DNA of 64,000 nucleotides from Eledone cirrhosa (Eukaryota): the NCBI GenBank assembly GCA_964016885.1, contig OZ024747.1, forward strand, positions 6,262,001-6,326,000, written 5' to 3'. The notes under the pieces are model-generated. The model was not told the DNA's origin. It was given only the letters and a program-made list of their open reading frames with translations, and ran no database searches. Made by a program: the position numbers and the translations under genes. Shown one piece after another: positions 49,281-64,000 of the stretch. Position 1 is the stretch's first letter; every line of letters begins with the position of its first letter.

Positions 49281-50182
49281 ACATTACATATACTACTATA
49301 TAGGTAAAGTTGAGTGGTTGGGACTTTATTGTGAGCAGAGTGGGAGTAGGGTTGAGTGTAAAGTAATGTGGGAGGTTACAAAGGCCAACAAAATGCAGTC
49401 AACTCTGGTGCAGACATTGTTGTTGTCTTTTTGTTGCTATTGTCCAAGAGAAACTTAAACAACAACAACTGCACAGCTGCTACACTAACATGCAATGAAA
49501 AAAGTCATTCATGGATGTTTAATTGTTATAAAAATATATATATATATATAAATGTATTTTAAAAAAAAGGAAAATATATACATAAAAAGCATGAAAACTA
49601 AATTTTGGCAGGTAACAATACAAAAACAGGTATTAAATATATATGTGTGTGTATGTGTGTGTATGCATGCGTGTGTGTATGTATCTATATGCATACACAC
49701 ATACACATACACACCCACATGTGTTTGCATGTGTGTAACTTTGTAAGGACAGGAAGAATTTTTTTTTTTTAAATTAGTGGGGTGATTTTTAAAATAAGCC
49801 TTAACAAAACAATGAAGCAACACTTGTTTTATAGTCGGGCATATTGGGGGTCACTGATTTGATCCCTGTCATTCACTGTATTTCCCTGCATTGAAGATGC
49901 TCTCATGTCAAAGGTCCACTTTCATTTTGAGTTAAATTTTGTTGGGGGCCTAAAAATTGTGGGGCCCCAGCCTGTTAGCTGACACATGCAATAGAGTAAT
50001 AGAGTAACATTAAACCAAAACTTTCAGCTAACAAGATGTAGTAAAGTAAATATTCCAGACTTATTCTGGGTGGGGCGGTGTGGTGGAGGAATATAGCATC
50101 TTCCATGTCAGGGAAATACAGTATATCCCTTCACTAAATGGAAGTGAAAAGATTGTTAGGGCTAATGTTACAATATACATAC

Positions 50183-50305
50183 CTGTACTTCTCTTGAGTC
50201 AACTGATGACTGGTTCTTGCGAGACACCCACTGAAGTTTGTTGTAGTTGAAAATAGCAAAAGACTGTTCCCAGTCAGTTATGAGAACAGCTTGGAATGTA
50301 TTTCT
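50183..50305 (-). CDS. Coding exon of a NIDO-domain protein (nidogen/SNED1/tectorin-like extracellular protein)
   Basis: Minus strand cttgcag|exon|gtatgt; 123 nt, phase 0-0; translates [41 protein letters not shown], matching the NIDO motif [19 protein letters not shown]. Confidence 0.92.
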
Positions 50306-51247
50306 CTGCAAGTACACAGTAAATCATTGATGTTTAAAGGAATTACTTTCACAGTCATTGGGAAAAGTTATTTACTAAATTAAAAAGAAAATACAGTGAA
50401 ATTCTCTTATAACGAAAGAGTAAAGTGGACTCTTCAGTCTTACCAAATACATGACAACCTCTCTAATGCTGGTGCCACAGTAAAATGCACCCAGTACATT
50501 CTGTAAAGTAGTAGTGCTGGTGTCACAGTAAAATGTACCCAGTACTTATATTAGACTTAATGAATATTGGGAGAGATTAACTAACATTTTTATTTCATTA
50601 AGATGGTATTTGTAATATAATTTAACACAAGGTTCCTAAAGATTTTAATTTAGTGGTTGTGGGTGGGTATGTGGGTTGATATCAAAAGGGCTACTCTTTG
50701 GACACAAAGACTGGGACAAATTATTCTAATCATTATCATCATCATCATTTTCATGCCTAGTTCTTCATGGGATTTTTTGAGGCAGTGTTTCATGGCTGGA
50801 TACCCTTCTTGACACCAACTCTTTCAGTCATCTTCTATGGCCCAGAGCATATATTGAATACTAAATAAGATAGACGTTAAACGATGATGATGATGATGAT
50901 GATGATGGAATTATTTTTAAGAGATACAAAAAGAATACAATGTGTTTTCTAAATATCTGAAGTCTGGAATTAACTTTCTTTAACTCTTTAGCATTTAAAC
51001 CGGTCAGAAATCTCTCACCTATTTCTATTCAAACCGACTGTAACCAGCCACTCATACTGATGTTAAGGTATTGTTCTCAAAATAAATAATATCAAAATCT
51101 CAGATTCGAGATAATTATGTGAGGTAAAGCCTTTACCATGAAAACACAATATTAAAGATAGAATAATGTAAATGCTAAAGGGTGAAACTCTTTCTTGGTC
51201 GTATCTCTAATGAAATACACTTTATTTCAATTAATTAATGAAGAATT

Positions 51248-51505
51248 TTGAGGTATGTGGTCAGAATGTCTCAAGGAAGAATCGCTGGACAGATTTTATT
51301 GGCAAAACCAACTGGTAGGAGACCCAGGGGTGGACCTGAGCAATATGGCTGGATAACATCCATGAGCTCAGCTTGTCTTGCTTGGGGATCTAACCAGATC
51401 AATTGGAGGGGGTTGCTTCTGACAGGACCTGCTGGGAGGAGTGTTTGAGGGCTCTGCTGCCTTGACCCTCTCAGGAAGAAGTGGGAGGAGGAGAAGAAAA
51501 AGAAA
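51248..51505 (+). mobile_element. Decayed RTE-like LINE 3' end (related decayed copy at ~21400-21620)
   Basis: YVVRMSQGRIAGQILLAKPTGRRPRGGP; similar to 21445-21615. Confidence 0.6.
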
Positions 51506-52039
51506 AAGGAATTTTTTTGGTGATGATAGTGATGGTAGTGCTGGTGATGGTGGTGGTGATGATGGTAGGGGTGGTGGTGATTGTAGTGGTGATGATGGTG
51601 ATGGTAGTGCTGGTGATGGTGGTGGTGATGATGGTAGGGGTGGTGGTGATTGTAGTGGTGATGATGGTGGTGGCAGTGCTGGTGATGGTGGTGGTGATTG
51701 TAGTGCTGGTGATGGTGATGGCAGTGCTGGTGATGGTGGTGGTGATTGTAGTGGTGATGATGGTGATGGCAGTGCTGGTGATGGTGGTGGTGATGGTAGT
51801 GCTGGTGATGGTGGTGGTGGTGATTGTAGTGCTGGTGATGATTGTGGTGATGTTTCTAAGGAGTAGAAAGCTTCAGACCCCCCCCCCCCCCAGTAATTTA
51901 GATGTTTCGCTGCTTATTTTCTGTTAGTGAAGGAATTTTTCAAGCTTTGTGAGCAAGTATATGTCCAGTTGTAGGCATGTGTGTATGTCTATGTTACTAT
52001 ATATGTATGTGTATGTTACTATATATGTATGTGTATGTT

Positions 52040-52424
52040 ATCATCATCATCATCATCATCATTTTACGTCCGCTTTTCCCTGCTTGCAAGGGTGGGACGG
52101 GTCTTATTCAGCACAGCATCTCTCCACTCGTCACGGTCCCTCGTCATCTCCACCGTGAGCTTCAACAATCTGAGGTCTGTTCTCACCACCTCCGCCCATC
52201 TTTTTCGTGGTCTACCTCTACCACGTCTTCCTTCAACTGGCATTTCCTGGCACTTCTTCACCCATCGGTCATCCTCCGTGTGCATCACATGTCCATACCA
52301 CCTCAGTCTCCTCTCCCGTACACTACATTCTATCCCTCTCAGACACAGTTTCTCTCTCAACACATTCATGCTGGGTCGTTCACGCACATTTACACTGCAC
52401 ATCCAACGGAGCATGCTTGCCTCA
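52040..52424 (-). mobile_element. RTE 3' fragment, third subfamily, with no long 3' UTR
   Basis: MLRWMCSVNVRERPS...RLRWYGHV...GRGRPRKRW...KTRPTLASREKRT* runs straight into the (GAT)n tail. Confidence 0.9.
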
Positions 52425-53615
52425 CTATATATGTATGTCTATGTTACTACATATGTGTATGTGTATGTTACTATATATGTATGTGTATGTTACTATATAT
52501 GTATGTGTATGTTACTATATATGTATGTATGTGTATGTTACTATATATGTATGTATGTGTATGTTACTATATATGTATGTATGTGTATGTTACTATATAT
52601 GTATGTATGTCTATGTTACTACATATGTGTATGTGTATGTTACTATATATGTATGTGTATGTTACTATATATGTATGTGTATGTTACTATATATGTATGT
52701 ATGTGTATGTTACTATATATGTATGTATGTGTATGTTACTATATATGTATGTATGTCTATGTTACTATATATGTATGAATGTCTATGTTACTACATATGT
52801 GTATGTGTATGTTACTATATATGTATGTGTATGTTACTATATATGTATGTGTATGTTACTATATATGTATGTATGTGTATGTTACTATATATGTATGTAT
52901 GTGTATGTTACTATATATGTATGTATGTCTATGTTACTACATATGTGTATGTGTATGTTACTATATATGTATGTGTATGTTACTATATATGTATGTGTAT
53001 GTTACTATATATGTATGTATGTGTATGTTACTATATATGTATGTATGTGTATGTTACTATATATGTATGTATGTCTATGTTACTATATATGTATGTATGT
53101 CTATGTTACTACATATGTGTATGTGTATGTTACTATATATGTATGTGTATGTTACTATATATGTATGTATGTGTATGTTACTATATATGTATGTATGTGT
53201 ATGTTACTATATATGTATGTGTATGTTACTATATATGTATGTGTATGTTACTATATATGTATGTATGTGTATGTTACTATATATGTATGTATGTCTATGT
53301 TACTATATATATATGTATGTGTATGTTACTATATATATGTATGTATGTGTATGTTACTATATATGTATGTATGTCTATGTTACTATATATGTATGTATGT
53401 GTATGTTACTATATATGTATGTATGTGTATGTTACTATATATGTATGTATGTGTATGTTACTATATATGTATGTGTATGTTACTATATATGTATGTATGT
53501 GTATGTTACTATATATGTATGTATGTGTATGTTACTATATATGTATGTGTATGTTACTATATATGTATGTATGTGTATGTTACTATATATGTATGTATGT
53601 GTATGTTATTATATA
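52424..53615. repeat. 22/26-bp minisatellite ATGTTACTATATATGT(ATGT)ATGTGT
   Basis: Direct reading; a few units also precede the RTE at 51985-52039. Confidence 0.95.
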
Positions 53616-53736
53616 TGTATGTGTGGCTACATATATGTATGGAAGAATGTATTTTGTATGTAACTATATATGTGTGTGTATGTCTTAACATGTATTCTAT
53701 GTGTATGGTGATGATGTCACTGTATGATTATGTGGC

Positions 53737-53770
<34 letters not shown>

Positions 53771-53967
53771 CGTGAGTGAGAATGTATTGGATGCCTGTCT
53801 TTATATATGTGTGTGCGTGTGTGAGATGTTTGTGTATGTGTACACTGGTATTTATATGTGTGTGTAGTGGCCATCTATATAACACTATGTGTGGGAATAT
53901 TGGTGCAAGGACAAGCTCAAGGACTAAACATAACATACACACATAACAAACACACATACACAATATA

Positions 53968-54028
<61 letters not shown>

Positions 54029-54030
<2 letters not shown>

Positions 54031-54170
54031 ATTGTTTCTACTTTTGGCACAAGGCCAGCAATTACCCAGTGTATTACTGGTACTTTATTTTATCGACCCC
54101 GTAAGGATGAAAGACAAAGTTAACCTCGGCGGGATTCGAACTCAGATCGTAAAGGGACGTAACTAATAAT
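54029..54170 (-). mobile_element. SINE family A, 5'-truncated (another 3' half at 48585-48688)
   Basis: Reverse-complement match to the family consensus. Confidence 0.8.
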
Positions 54171-54237
54171 GTAAACTACACACAAATATAACACACATAC
54201 ACAGAACATATACAAAACATATGCACACACATACATA

Positions 54238-54320
<83 letters not shown>

Positions 54321-54809
54321 ATTCATACAGAAACACACACACATACATATATACAAACACATACAAACACACACACACACACACACACAAACACACATAC
54401 ATACATACACACATTCATACACACAAACACACACACATACAAACACACACACTCACATACATACAAACACACGTTCATATATATACAAAAACTCATGTAT
54501 ATACACTGAAAACACAACACACATGGCATAAGCACATATAGAGATAAAGCCCCAACACCACCAAACTGGATGGTAATGGTGGATGGTAACACAAGGCGTG
54601 GTCCCTCTAACCACCAGGGCAACATGCCAGATTCTAGAACACACACACTCTAAACCATTCCTATCATCGCATTTTACACTACACCACACAAACAGCCATA
54701 CCACCACCACCACCCTCCACATACCACCACCACCTCCACCACCCTCCACATACCACCACCACCACCACCCTCCACATACCACCACCATCATCACAATTCA
54801 GACATTCAC

Positions 54810-55310
54810 AATACCACCACCATCCTCACCAGCCCCACAAATATAACCATCACCATCATCACCACCAGCCCCACAAATATAACCATCACCATCATCACCA
54901 CCAGCCCCACAAATATAACCATCACCATCCTCACCAGCCCCACAAATATAACCATCACCATCATCACCACCAGCCCCACAAATATAACCATCACCATCAT
55001 CACCACCAGCCCCACAAATATAACCATCACCATCATCACCACCAGCCCCACAAATATAACCATCACCATCATCACCACCAGCCCCACAAATATAACCATC
55101 ACCATCATCACCACCAGCCCCACAAATATAACCATCACCATCATCACCACCAGCCCCACAAATATAACCATCACCATCATCACCACCACCAGCCCCACAA
55201 ATATAACCATCACCATCATCACCACCAGCCCCACAAATATAACCATCACCATCATCACCACCAGCCCCACAAATATAACCATCATTACTACCATCACCAC
55301 CAGCCCCACC
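54810..55310. repeat. 36-bp minisatellite CCAGCCCCACAAATATAACCATCACCATCATCACCA
   Basis: About 13 units. Confidence 0.95.
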
Positions 55311-55389
55311 ACAAATATCACCACTAACATCATATAGGTATAGCCACAAATACCCCCCCCCCCCCTGCTGTATACAGCCCCAACATACC

Positions 55390-56255
55390 ACAACAACACC
55401 ACCACCAATCCACCACAACACCACCACCAATCCACCACAACAACACCACCAATCCACCACAACACCACCACCAATCCACCACAACACCACCACCAATCCA
55501 CCACAACACCACCACCAATCCACCACAACACCACCACCAATCCACCACAACACCACCACCAATCCACCACAACACCACCACCAATCCACCACAACACCAC
55601 CACCAATCCACCACAACACCACCACCAATCCACCACAACACCACCACCAATCCACCACCACACCACCACCAATCCACCACCACCACTACCACCAATCCAC
55701 CACAACACCACCACCAATCCACCACAACACCACCACCAATCCACCACAACACCACCACCAATCCACCACAACACCACCACCAATCCACCACAACAACACC
55801 ACCAATCCACCACAACACCACCACCAATCCACCACAACACCACCACCAATCCACCACAACACCACCACCACCAATCCACCACAACACCACCACCAATCCA
55901 CCACAACACCACCACCAATCCACCACAACACCACCACCAATCCACCACAACACCACCACCAATCCACCACAACACCACCACCAATCCACCACAACACCAC
56001 CACCAATCCACCACAACACCACCACCAATCCACCACAACACCACCACCAATCCACCACAACACCACCACCAATCCACCACCACACCACCACCAATCCACC
56101 ACCACCACTACCACCAATCCACCACAACACCACCACCAATCCACCACAACACCACCACCAATCCACCACCACACCACCACCACTACCACCAATCCACCAC
56201 AACACCACCACCAATCCACCACAACACCACCACCAATCCACCACCACCACTACCA
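55390..56255. repeat. 22-bp minisatellite CCACCACAACACCACCACCAAT
   Basis: Direct reading. Confidence 0.95.
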
Positions 56256-56552
56256 CCCATAGTATCAATAACCCCATCACCACTAAACTACCACTAACAT
56301 CATATAGGTATAGCCAGAAATACCATCAACCCCACTGCCGTATACAGCCCAACACCACCACCACCACCACTCTCTCTACTCTGGCAACAACAACAACAAC
56401 AACATCAACAGTCTCCACACCACCCCACTCATAAGTACTGTAACTACCAGCTGCTAAGGTGTGGTCCACCTTAGTTTGCCTCTCATAAAGCATGCTGGAT
56501 GTCTGGGCCATCTTTTTAACACTCTCTCTCTTCTTACGTCACTAGCAGCAAC

Positions 56553-57036
56553 ATAGTAGTAGTGGTAGTGGTAGTGGTAGTGGTAGTAGTGGTAGTGGTA
56601 GTGGTAGTGGTGGTGGTAAACGGCAGTAGTAGTGGTGGTAGTAGTGGTAGTAGTGGTGGTGGTAGTAGTGGTAGTGGTGGTAGTAGTAGTGGTAGTGGTG
56701 GTAGTGGTAGTAGTAGTGGTAGTGGTAGTAGTGGTGGTGGTAGTAAATGGTAGTAGTAGTGGTGGTGGTAGTAAACGGCAGTAGTAGTAGTGGTAGTAGT
56801 GGTGGTGGTAGTAAATGGTAGTAGTAGTGGTGGTAGTAGTAAATGGTAGTGGTGGTGGTAGTAGTAAATTGTAGTAGTAGAGGTGGTAGTAGTAGTAGTG
56901 GTGGTGGTAGTGGTGGTAGTAGTAGTAGTGGTGGTGGTGGTGGTAGTAGTAAATTGTAGTAGTAGAGGTGGTAGTAGTAGTAGTAGTAGTGGTGGTGGTG
57001 GTAGTAGTAGTAGTGGTGGTGGTAGTGGTGGTGGTG

Positions 57037-57071
<35 letters not shown>

Positions 57072-57227
57072 GGTAGTGGTGGTGGTAGTAAACGGCAGTA
57101 GTAGTGGTGGTGGTAGTGGTAGTAGTGGTGGTGGTAGTAAATGGTGGTGGTAGTAAATGGTAGTAGTAGTGGTGGTAGTAGTAAATGGTAGTGGTGGTGG
57201 TAGTAGTAAATTGTAGTAGTAGAGGTG

Positions 57228-57259
<32 letters not shown>

Positions 57260-57314
57260 GGTGGTAGTAGTAGTAGTGGTGGTGGTGGTGGTAGTGGTAG
57301 TAGTGGTGGTGGTG

Positions 57315-57349
<35 letters not shown>

Positions 57350-57607
57350 GGTAGTGGTGGTGGTAGTAAACGGCAGTAGTAGTGGTGGTAGTGGTGGTAG
57401 TAGTGGTGGTGGTAGTAAATGGTAGTAGTAGTGGTGGTAGTAGTAAATGGTAGTGGTGGTGGTAGTAGTAAATTGTAGTAGTAGAGGTGGTAGTAGTAGT
57501 AGTGGTGGTGGTAGTGGTGGTAGTAGTAGTAGTGGTGGTGGTGGTGGTAGTGGTAGTAGTAAATTGTAGTAGTAGAGGTGGTAGTAGTAGTAGTAGTGGT
57601 GGTGGTG

Positions 57608-57669
<62 letters not shown>

Positions 57670-57872
57670 GGTAGTACTAAATGGTAGTAGTAGGTTGTAG
57701 TAGTAGTGGTAGTAGTAAATTGTAGTAGTAGAGGTGGTAGTAGTAGTAGTAGTGGTGGTGGTAGTGGTAGTGGTAGTAGTAGTGGTGGTGGTAGTGGTAG
57801 TAGTAGTGGTGGTGGTAGTGGTAGTAGTAGTGGTAGTAGTAGTAGTAGATGGTAGTATGATGATGATGATGA
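56553..57872. repeat. (GGT/AGT)n array punctuated by AAATGG/AAATTG/AAACGGC
   Basis: Direct reading. Confidence 0.95.
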
Positions 57873-58154
57873 TTGTGATGTTTAACATTTATTACTCTAT
57901 GTGTGAGTACTTGCAGTGGTGTACAGAGGAAATGGGCTTCATGTGTTTATGTGCTTGCTGTATGTGTGTATGAGTATCTGTGTGTGAGTGTGTGTGTGTT
58001 TCATAAGAAATATGTTGTTCAGATGCAATGTGTGTGTGTGTGTGTGTGTATAAGGAGTATGCACAAGTATGAATGTGTGTGTTTGTGCATGTGTATATAA
58101 AATATGTGTGCAGGTGGGAATGTGTGTGTGTGTCGTGTGTCTGTGTAAAAGAAC

Positions 58155-59905
58155 TGTACACAGGTATATATGTATTACACAGGTATATATATGTATGTAC
58201 ACAGGTATATATGTGTGTACACAGGTAGATATGTATGTACACAGGTATATATGTATGTACACAGGTATATATGTATGTACACAGGTATATATGTGTGTAC
58301 ACAGGTATATATGTGTGTACACAGGTAGATATGTATGTACACAGGTATATATGTATGTACACAGGTACATATATACCTGTGTACATACATATATACCTGT
58401 GTACATACATATATATGTACACAGGTATATATGTATGTACACAGGTATATATGTGTGTGTACACAGGTATATATATGTGTGTACACAGGTAGATATGTAT
58501 GTACACAGGTAGATATGTATGTACACAGGTATATATATATGTATGTACACAGGTATATATGTATGTACACAGGTATATATGTATGTACACAGGTATATAT
58601 GTGTGTACACAGGTATATATGTGTGTACACAGGTATATATGTGTGTACACAGGTAGATATGTATGTACACAGGTATATATGTATGTACACAGGTATATAT
58701 GTGTGTGTACACAGGTTGATATGTATGTACACAGGTATATATATATGTATGTACACAGGTATATATGTGTGTACACAGGTATATATGTATGTACACAGGT
58801 ATATATGTGTGTACACAGGTATATATGTGTGTGTACACAGGTATATATATGTGTGTACACAGGTAGATATGTATGTACACAGGTATATATGTATGTACAC
58901 AGGTATATATGTATGTACACAGGTATATATGTGTGTACACAGGTATATATGTGTGTACACAGGTAGATATGTATGTACACAGGTATATATGTATGTACAC
59001 AGGTACATATATACCTGTGTACATACATATATACCTGTGTACATACATATATATGTACACAGGTATATATGTATGTACACAGGTATATATGTGTGTGTAC
59101 ACAGGTATATATATGTGTGTACACAGGTAGATATGTATGTACACAGGTAGATATGTATGTACACAGGTATATATATATGTATGTACACAGGTATATATGT
59201 ATGTACACAGGTATATATGTATGTACACAGGTATATATGTGTGTACACAGGTATATATGTGTGTACACAGGTATATATGTGTGTACACAGGTAGATATGT
59301 ATGTACACAGGTATATATGTGTGTACACAGGTATATATGTGTGTGTACACAGGTATATATATGTGTGTACACAGGTAGATATGTATGTACACAGGTAGAT
59401 ATGTATGTACACAGGTAGATATGTATGTACACAGGTATATATATATGTATGTACACAGGTATATATGTATGTACACAGGTATATATGTATGTACACAGGT
59501 ATATATGTATGTACTCAGGTAGATATGTATGTACACAGGTATATATGTATGTACACAGGTATATATGTGTGTGTACACAGGTATATATATGTGTGTACAC
59601 AGGTAGATATGTATGTACACAGGTATATATGTATGTACACAGGTAGATATGTATGTACACAGGTAGATATGTATGTACACAGGTAGATATGTATGTACAC
59701 AGGTATATATATGTGTGTACACAGGTATATATGTATGTACACAGGTAGATATGTATTACACAGGTATATATGTATGTACATAGGTATATATATGTATGTA
59801 CACAGGTATATATATGTATGTACACAGGTATATATATGTATGTACACAGGTATATATATGTATTACACAGGTAGATATGTATGTACACAGGTTTATATGT
59901 ATGTA
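58155..59905. repeat. 20-bp minisatellite GTACACAGGTATATATGTAT
   Basis: Direct reading; contains inverted units and a 638-bp higher-order duplication. Confidence 0.95.
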
Positions 59906-59961
59906 TGTTCATGTGTGAAGGATATTTGTGGAAAATATATTGTTCATATGAAATGTGTGAA

Positions 59962-60000
<39 letters not shown>

Positions 60001-61329
60001 AATGGAGAGTATATATCTGTGTATGTATGCGTGATATAACAAAGCGGTAGAAGTCATCTTGATGACGAAGTTGCAAATAAGAATTCATAAAGAATTCGTA
60101 GGTATGGAATTCTGGAAAATTACAGACTTTTTTATGGTCTCAACAATGTATAAAAGAATGACACTAGAATATCTATTTTTACAACATTTCGTCTGCTTTG
60201 TGAGAAATGAAATTTATGTAACAACCTTTGTTAAGTTAGGTTCTAAACACCAGCTCAATAAGAAGAAAGCTAGTTATATTACTGAATCCTTTAACCCTTT
60301 TGCATTTAAACCAGCCATAGCGGGCCAGATCTCTCTCACCTCTTTCTGTTCAAACTGGCTGCTCATACCTATGTTAAGGTATTGTTCCCCAAATAAATAA
60401 CATCAAAATCTCGTAGAGTCAATACTATGTGAGATAATTATTTAACCGTAAAAATACAATAGTAAATATAAAATAATGTAAATGCTTAAAATTCTTCTCC
60501 ATCTTCACCCACTTTATTATTGGGAGGCTTGTGAGGGTATTGTCCTCAAGCAGGTCTTCCAGTGAGTTCTATTACATATCCATAATATCAGAGCTGAGAT
60601 CTCTCAGTTTGGAGAAGAAGTGGCTCTACCTTGAGCGACTCATCTCTGAGCTACACTCTATTGAGTAACGTTACTCTAAAGACCCTTTGGAGGAACCCCA
60701 TTTCAGCTGCTTGTATTCACAATTATATTCTAGATTATTTTCAAAATTATTTGAAGAGCATTAGCAGGTGCTTTTCATTAGAAATATGCTAACAAAAAAG
60801 TTAAGGGAGTAGGTTGTGATTTGAGAGAAATTTGGTTATTATTTCTAGCAACTACATAGGCCTCATTGGTTTGAATCCTGAAATGCTATCTTTTGTTACC
60901 ATATTTCTTTAACCCTTTTGGTATCAACCTGCCTGATATTGGTTTTATGATATAAATATGTGTTCATATTTATATTAAAAGCTTCCATCATAACTTTTTA
61001 AAGAAATTCTTGTTTAAATGATGTTTGAAACAAAAGCTTACTAAAGAAAATGTTATCTTATTAAATTTCTCAAATTTTTAAATATTATTTTCAAAATAAT
61101 TTGAAACAGAAATATGGTAATGAAATGGTTAAATAATGAAAAAAAATGGAAGGATTTTAGTGTATAACTAACTTTTTCATTGTTATCTTTCTGTCTAGAA
61201 CATAACTTAAGAATAGGTTTAAATTGAAATATCAACACATTAAAACATGGCCTCTCATCACTGAACCAGGGCCAGTTACAGTTGAGTTGATATTAAAAGG
61301 GTTAGTGTGTGTGTGTATGTACATACGTG

Positions 61330-61363
<34 letters not shown>

Positions 61364-61516
61364 CATATGAATGTATGCATGGAGACATGGAAATACTCAG
61401 TTTGGTGCCCGAATGCACAGTTAGCCCACCGGGTGAGAGAGACCCCTAGTTCTTGTAAGGACATTATTTTAGAAGGAAAACTATGATGTAAAACCTGTGA
61501 CTTGATGGCAGCCAAT

Positions 61517-61706
61517 AATTGTTTCCACTTTAGGCACAAGGCCAGCAATTATCCCAGTGTATTACTGGTACTTTATTTTATCGACCCCGTAAGGATGAAA
61601 GGCAAAGTTAACCTCGGCGGAATTTGAACTCAGACCACAAAGGGCAGTAACTCTTTGCTGCAAAGCATGGCGTCCAACCCTCTACCGATACTGCCAATCC
61701 ACTGCC
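61517..61706 (-). mobile_element. SINE family A
   Basis: Reverse-complement match to 993-1175. Confidence 0.85.
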
Positions 61707-62300
61707 AATACTGTTGACCTGTTCTTCTATTTGAATAATTGTCACCATTGTTCAGAGAGTGGGATTGGTCCAGTGGGAGGCGTTTCCTTACTTAAAAGAG
61801 CTTCAATCACAGACATCACTTGATCCAAGTGATTTTCACATGTGTTGTGTGAACATGGCCTTTTCTTTTTCCTTTCACTGCAGCATATGTAGAAAGGTTG
61901 AATGCAAGTCCTTGGCAGGGTGAAAAAGTCATGTTTGTGCCACCCAAGTATGAGAAAAAGTTCAAGGGATGGCAATCCTTGAAACTGAGAGTGCAGTCAT
62001 TATATGTACTTATGTATGTATACATAGAGATCAAGAAAATAAAGTACCAGTCAAGTACTGGGGTTGATTTAATCGACTGATGGAAATGCTGACATGAAAT
62101 ATTCATGATGATGATAATGATGATGATGGTGATGACCGCTAGGCCCTCTTTTAAAGTAAGAGATGGGGGAAATATAAGAATTCTTTGTTCCATGCTTGTT
62201 TGTATTCATACAACAGGAGTGTGTGTACTTATGCAGCAGTTACTGAATATTATACATACATGTTCACACACACACACAACATACATACACACACACACGC

Positions 62301-62337
<37 letters not shown>

Positions 62338-62552
62338 CATACATACACACACACGCCATACACACACACACCATACATACACACACACGCCATACACACA
62401 CACACGCCATACACACACACACCATACACACACACGCCATACACACACACACACAACACACACACATATGTGAGAGAGAACTTCCACCACCCACAGATGT
62501 CCAATGATGAATTCAAAAACAATTGTTCACTTTGTCACTATTTTTTTATAGC

Positions 62553-62623
62553 TCTCTCCTCACCCACTCTCTCTTTCCTCACCCACTCTCTCTCTCTCCT
62601 CACCCACTCTCTCTCTCTTTCCT

Positions 62624-62661
<38 letters not shown>

Positions 62662-62915
62662 TTACTCTCTCTCTCTCTCTTTCCTCACCCACTCTCTCTC
62701 CTTACCCACTCTCTCTCTCTTTCCTCACCCACTCTCTCTCTTTCCTCACCCACTCTCTCTCTTTCCTCACCCACTCTCTCTCTCTCTCTCCTCACCCACT
62801 CTCTCTCTCTTTCCTCACCCACTCTCTCTCTCTCCTCACCCACTCTCTCTCTTTCCTCACACACTCTCTCTCTTTCCTCACACACTCTCTCTCTTTCCTC
62901 ACACACTCTCTCTCC
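62553..62915. repeat. Polypyrimidine minisatellite CCTCACCCA-(CT)n
   Basis: Direct reading. Confidence 0.9.
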
Positions 62916-63302
62916 TATCTCTATTTTCTCTATTAATTTCTCAATCTATCACTATCAATCTCTCTCTCTCTTCATTCTCTCTATTTAACACTATCTCTCT
63001 CTTTCATTCACCCCTCCCTCTCACCTCAACACTGTTTTCAAAATCCTATCAACTTTGTCCACACCTCCACCCACAATACATTGCAATACACAGAAAATAA
63101 CTGCTTATTGAATATATAGGTGAAAGGTGGGGGGTTAAAGATGGTCCTAGTTCAGTTCCCCCCCAGTGATGTTTAACAAACAACTGTGAGGTTGAGGTGA
63201 TGGTCTACTAAACACAGTCTAGAGCTCACACCCTATTGCCTTCATGAATCCTCCATTAGTTTCCACGAAGAACATTCAGTTGTTCCGTAGACATGTATTC
63301 CA

Positions 63303-63752
63303 TTAACCCTTTAGTATTTAAACCAGTCCCATCTGGACAGAATGCCCTCACCTCTTTCTGTTCAAACCGGCTGTAACAGGCCATTCATATTGATGTTAAG
63401 GTATTGTTCTCAAATTAAATATCAAAATCTCGTAGATCTGATGTTATGTGAGGTAAAGCCTTTACCATGAAAATATAATAGTATATATAGAGTAAATGCT
63501 ATGTAAATGCTATAGGGTTAAACCCTTTAGTATTTAAACCGGTCGTATCTGGCCAGAATTCTCTCACCTCTTTCCGTTCAAACAGGATATAACTGACCAC
63601 TCATACTGATGTTAAGGTATTGTTCTCAAAATAAATAACATCAAAATCTCGTAGATTCGATATTATGTGAGATAATTATGTTAGGTAAAGCCTCTACCGT
63701 GAAAATATAGTAGTATATATAGTATAGAGTAATATAAATGCTAAAGGGTTAA
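63303..63752 (+). mobile_element. Two head-to-tail MITE M1 copies
   Basis: Junction AGGG-TTAAA-CCCT at 63514-63526. Confidence 0.8.
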
Positions 63753-64000
63753 GGAAGTTCCCAAGTCAAATCAACATAACACAATATTTGACAAGGCTAG
63801 GCCTTTAAATTACAGGTACAGCCCATCTTGTATTATAGAGTAAGTGGCTGAGTATTCCACAGATACATGTGTCCTTAATGTAATTCTCAGGCAGAACCAG
63901 CGGGGACAATGCATGACATGTCTGAACTTTTGAATAACAGATACAATCTAGCTTGTATTATGTAAGTGGTTGAATATCTCATAGACATGTGCATTCTTAA

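Noticed and set aside
54798-55661. Gly/Asp-rich repeat ORF (GDDGDGYICGAG)n, and the similar 51441-51866 ORF
   Set aside because: Translations of near-perfect minisatellites with no synonymous-site variation or convincing splice context

Overview
Eukaryotic, extremely repeat-rich window. The SINE/RTE repertoire and (TA)/(CA)/(CAT) microsatellite load look like an octopod cephalopod genome (inference). Nearly all long ORFs in the supplied track are microsatellite artefacts. The host gene is on the minus strand and is absent from the ORF track: two in-phase coding exons of a NIDO-domain protein (50183-50305 and 17662-17815) separated by a ~32.4 kb intron. The rest is 5'-truncated RTE-type LINEs (several with a PHD-type finger inside the RT region), two tRNA-derived SINE families, TTAA- and TA-flanked MITEs, and large micro/minisatellites. 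The most interesting signal is a dispersed set of short non-coding elements in or beside (TA)n tracts that carry type I hammerhead ribozyme motifs. One is fully intact (11947-12017), several have a short stem III with different palindromic hexamers, and several show foldback inversions. They resemble Penelope-like terminal repeats or non-autonomous ribozyme elements, and every well-formed copy is antisense to the host gene. Exon and ribozyme coordinates were read base by base; repeat boundaries are approximate.
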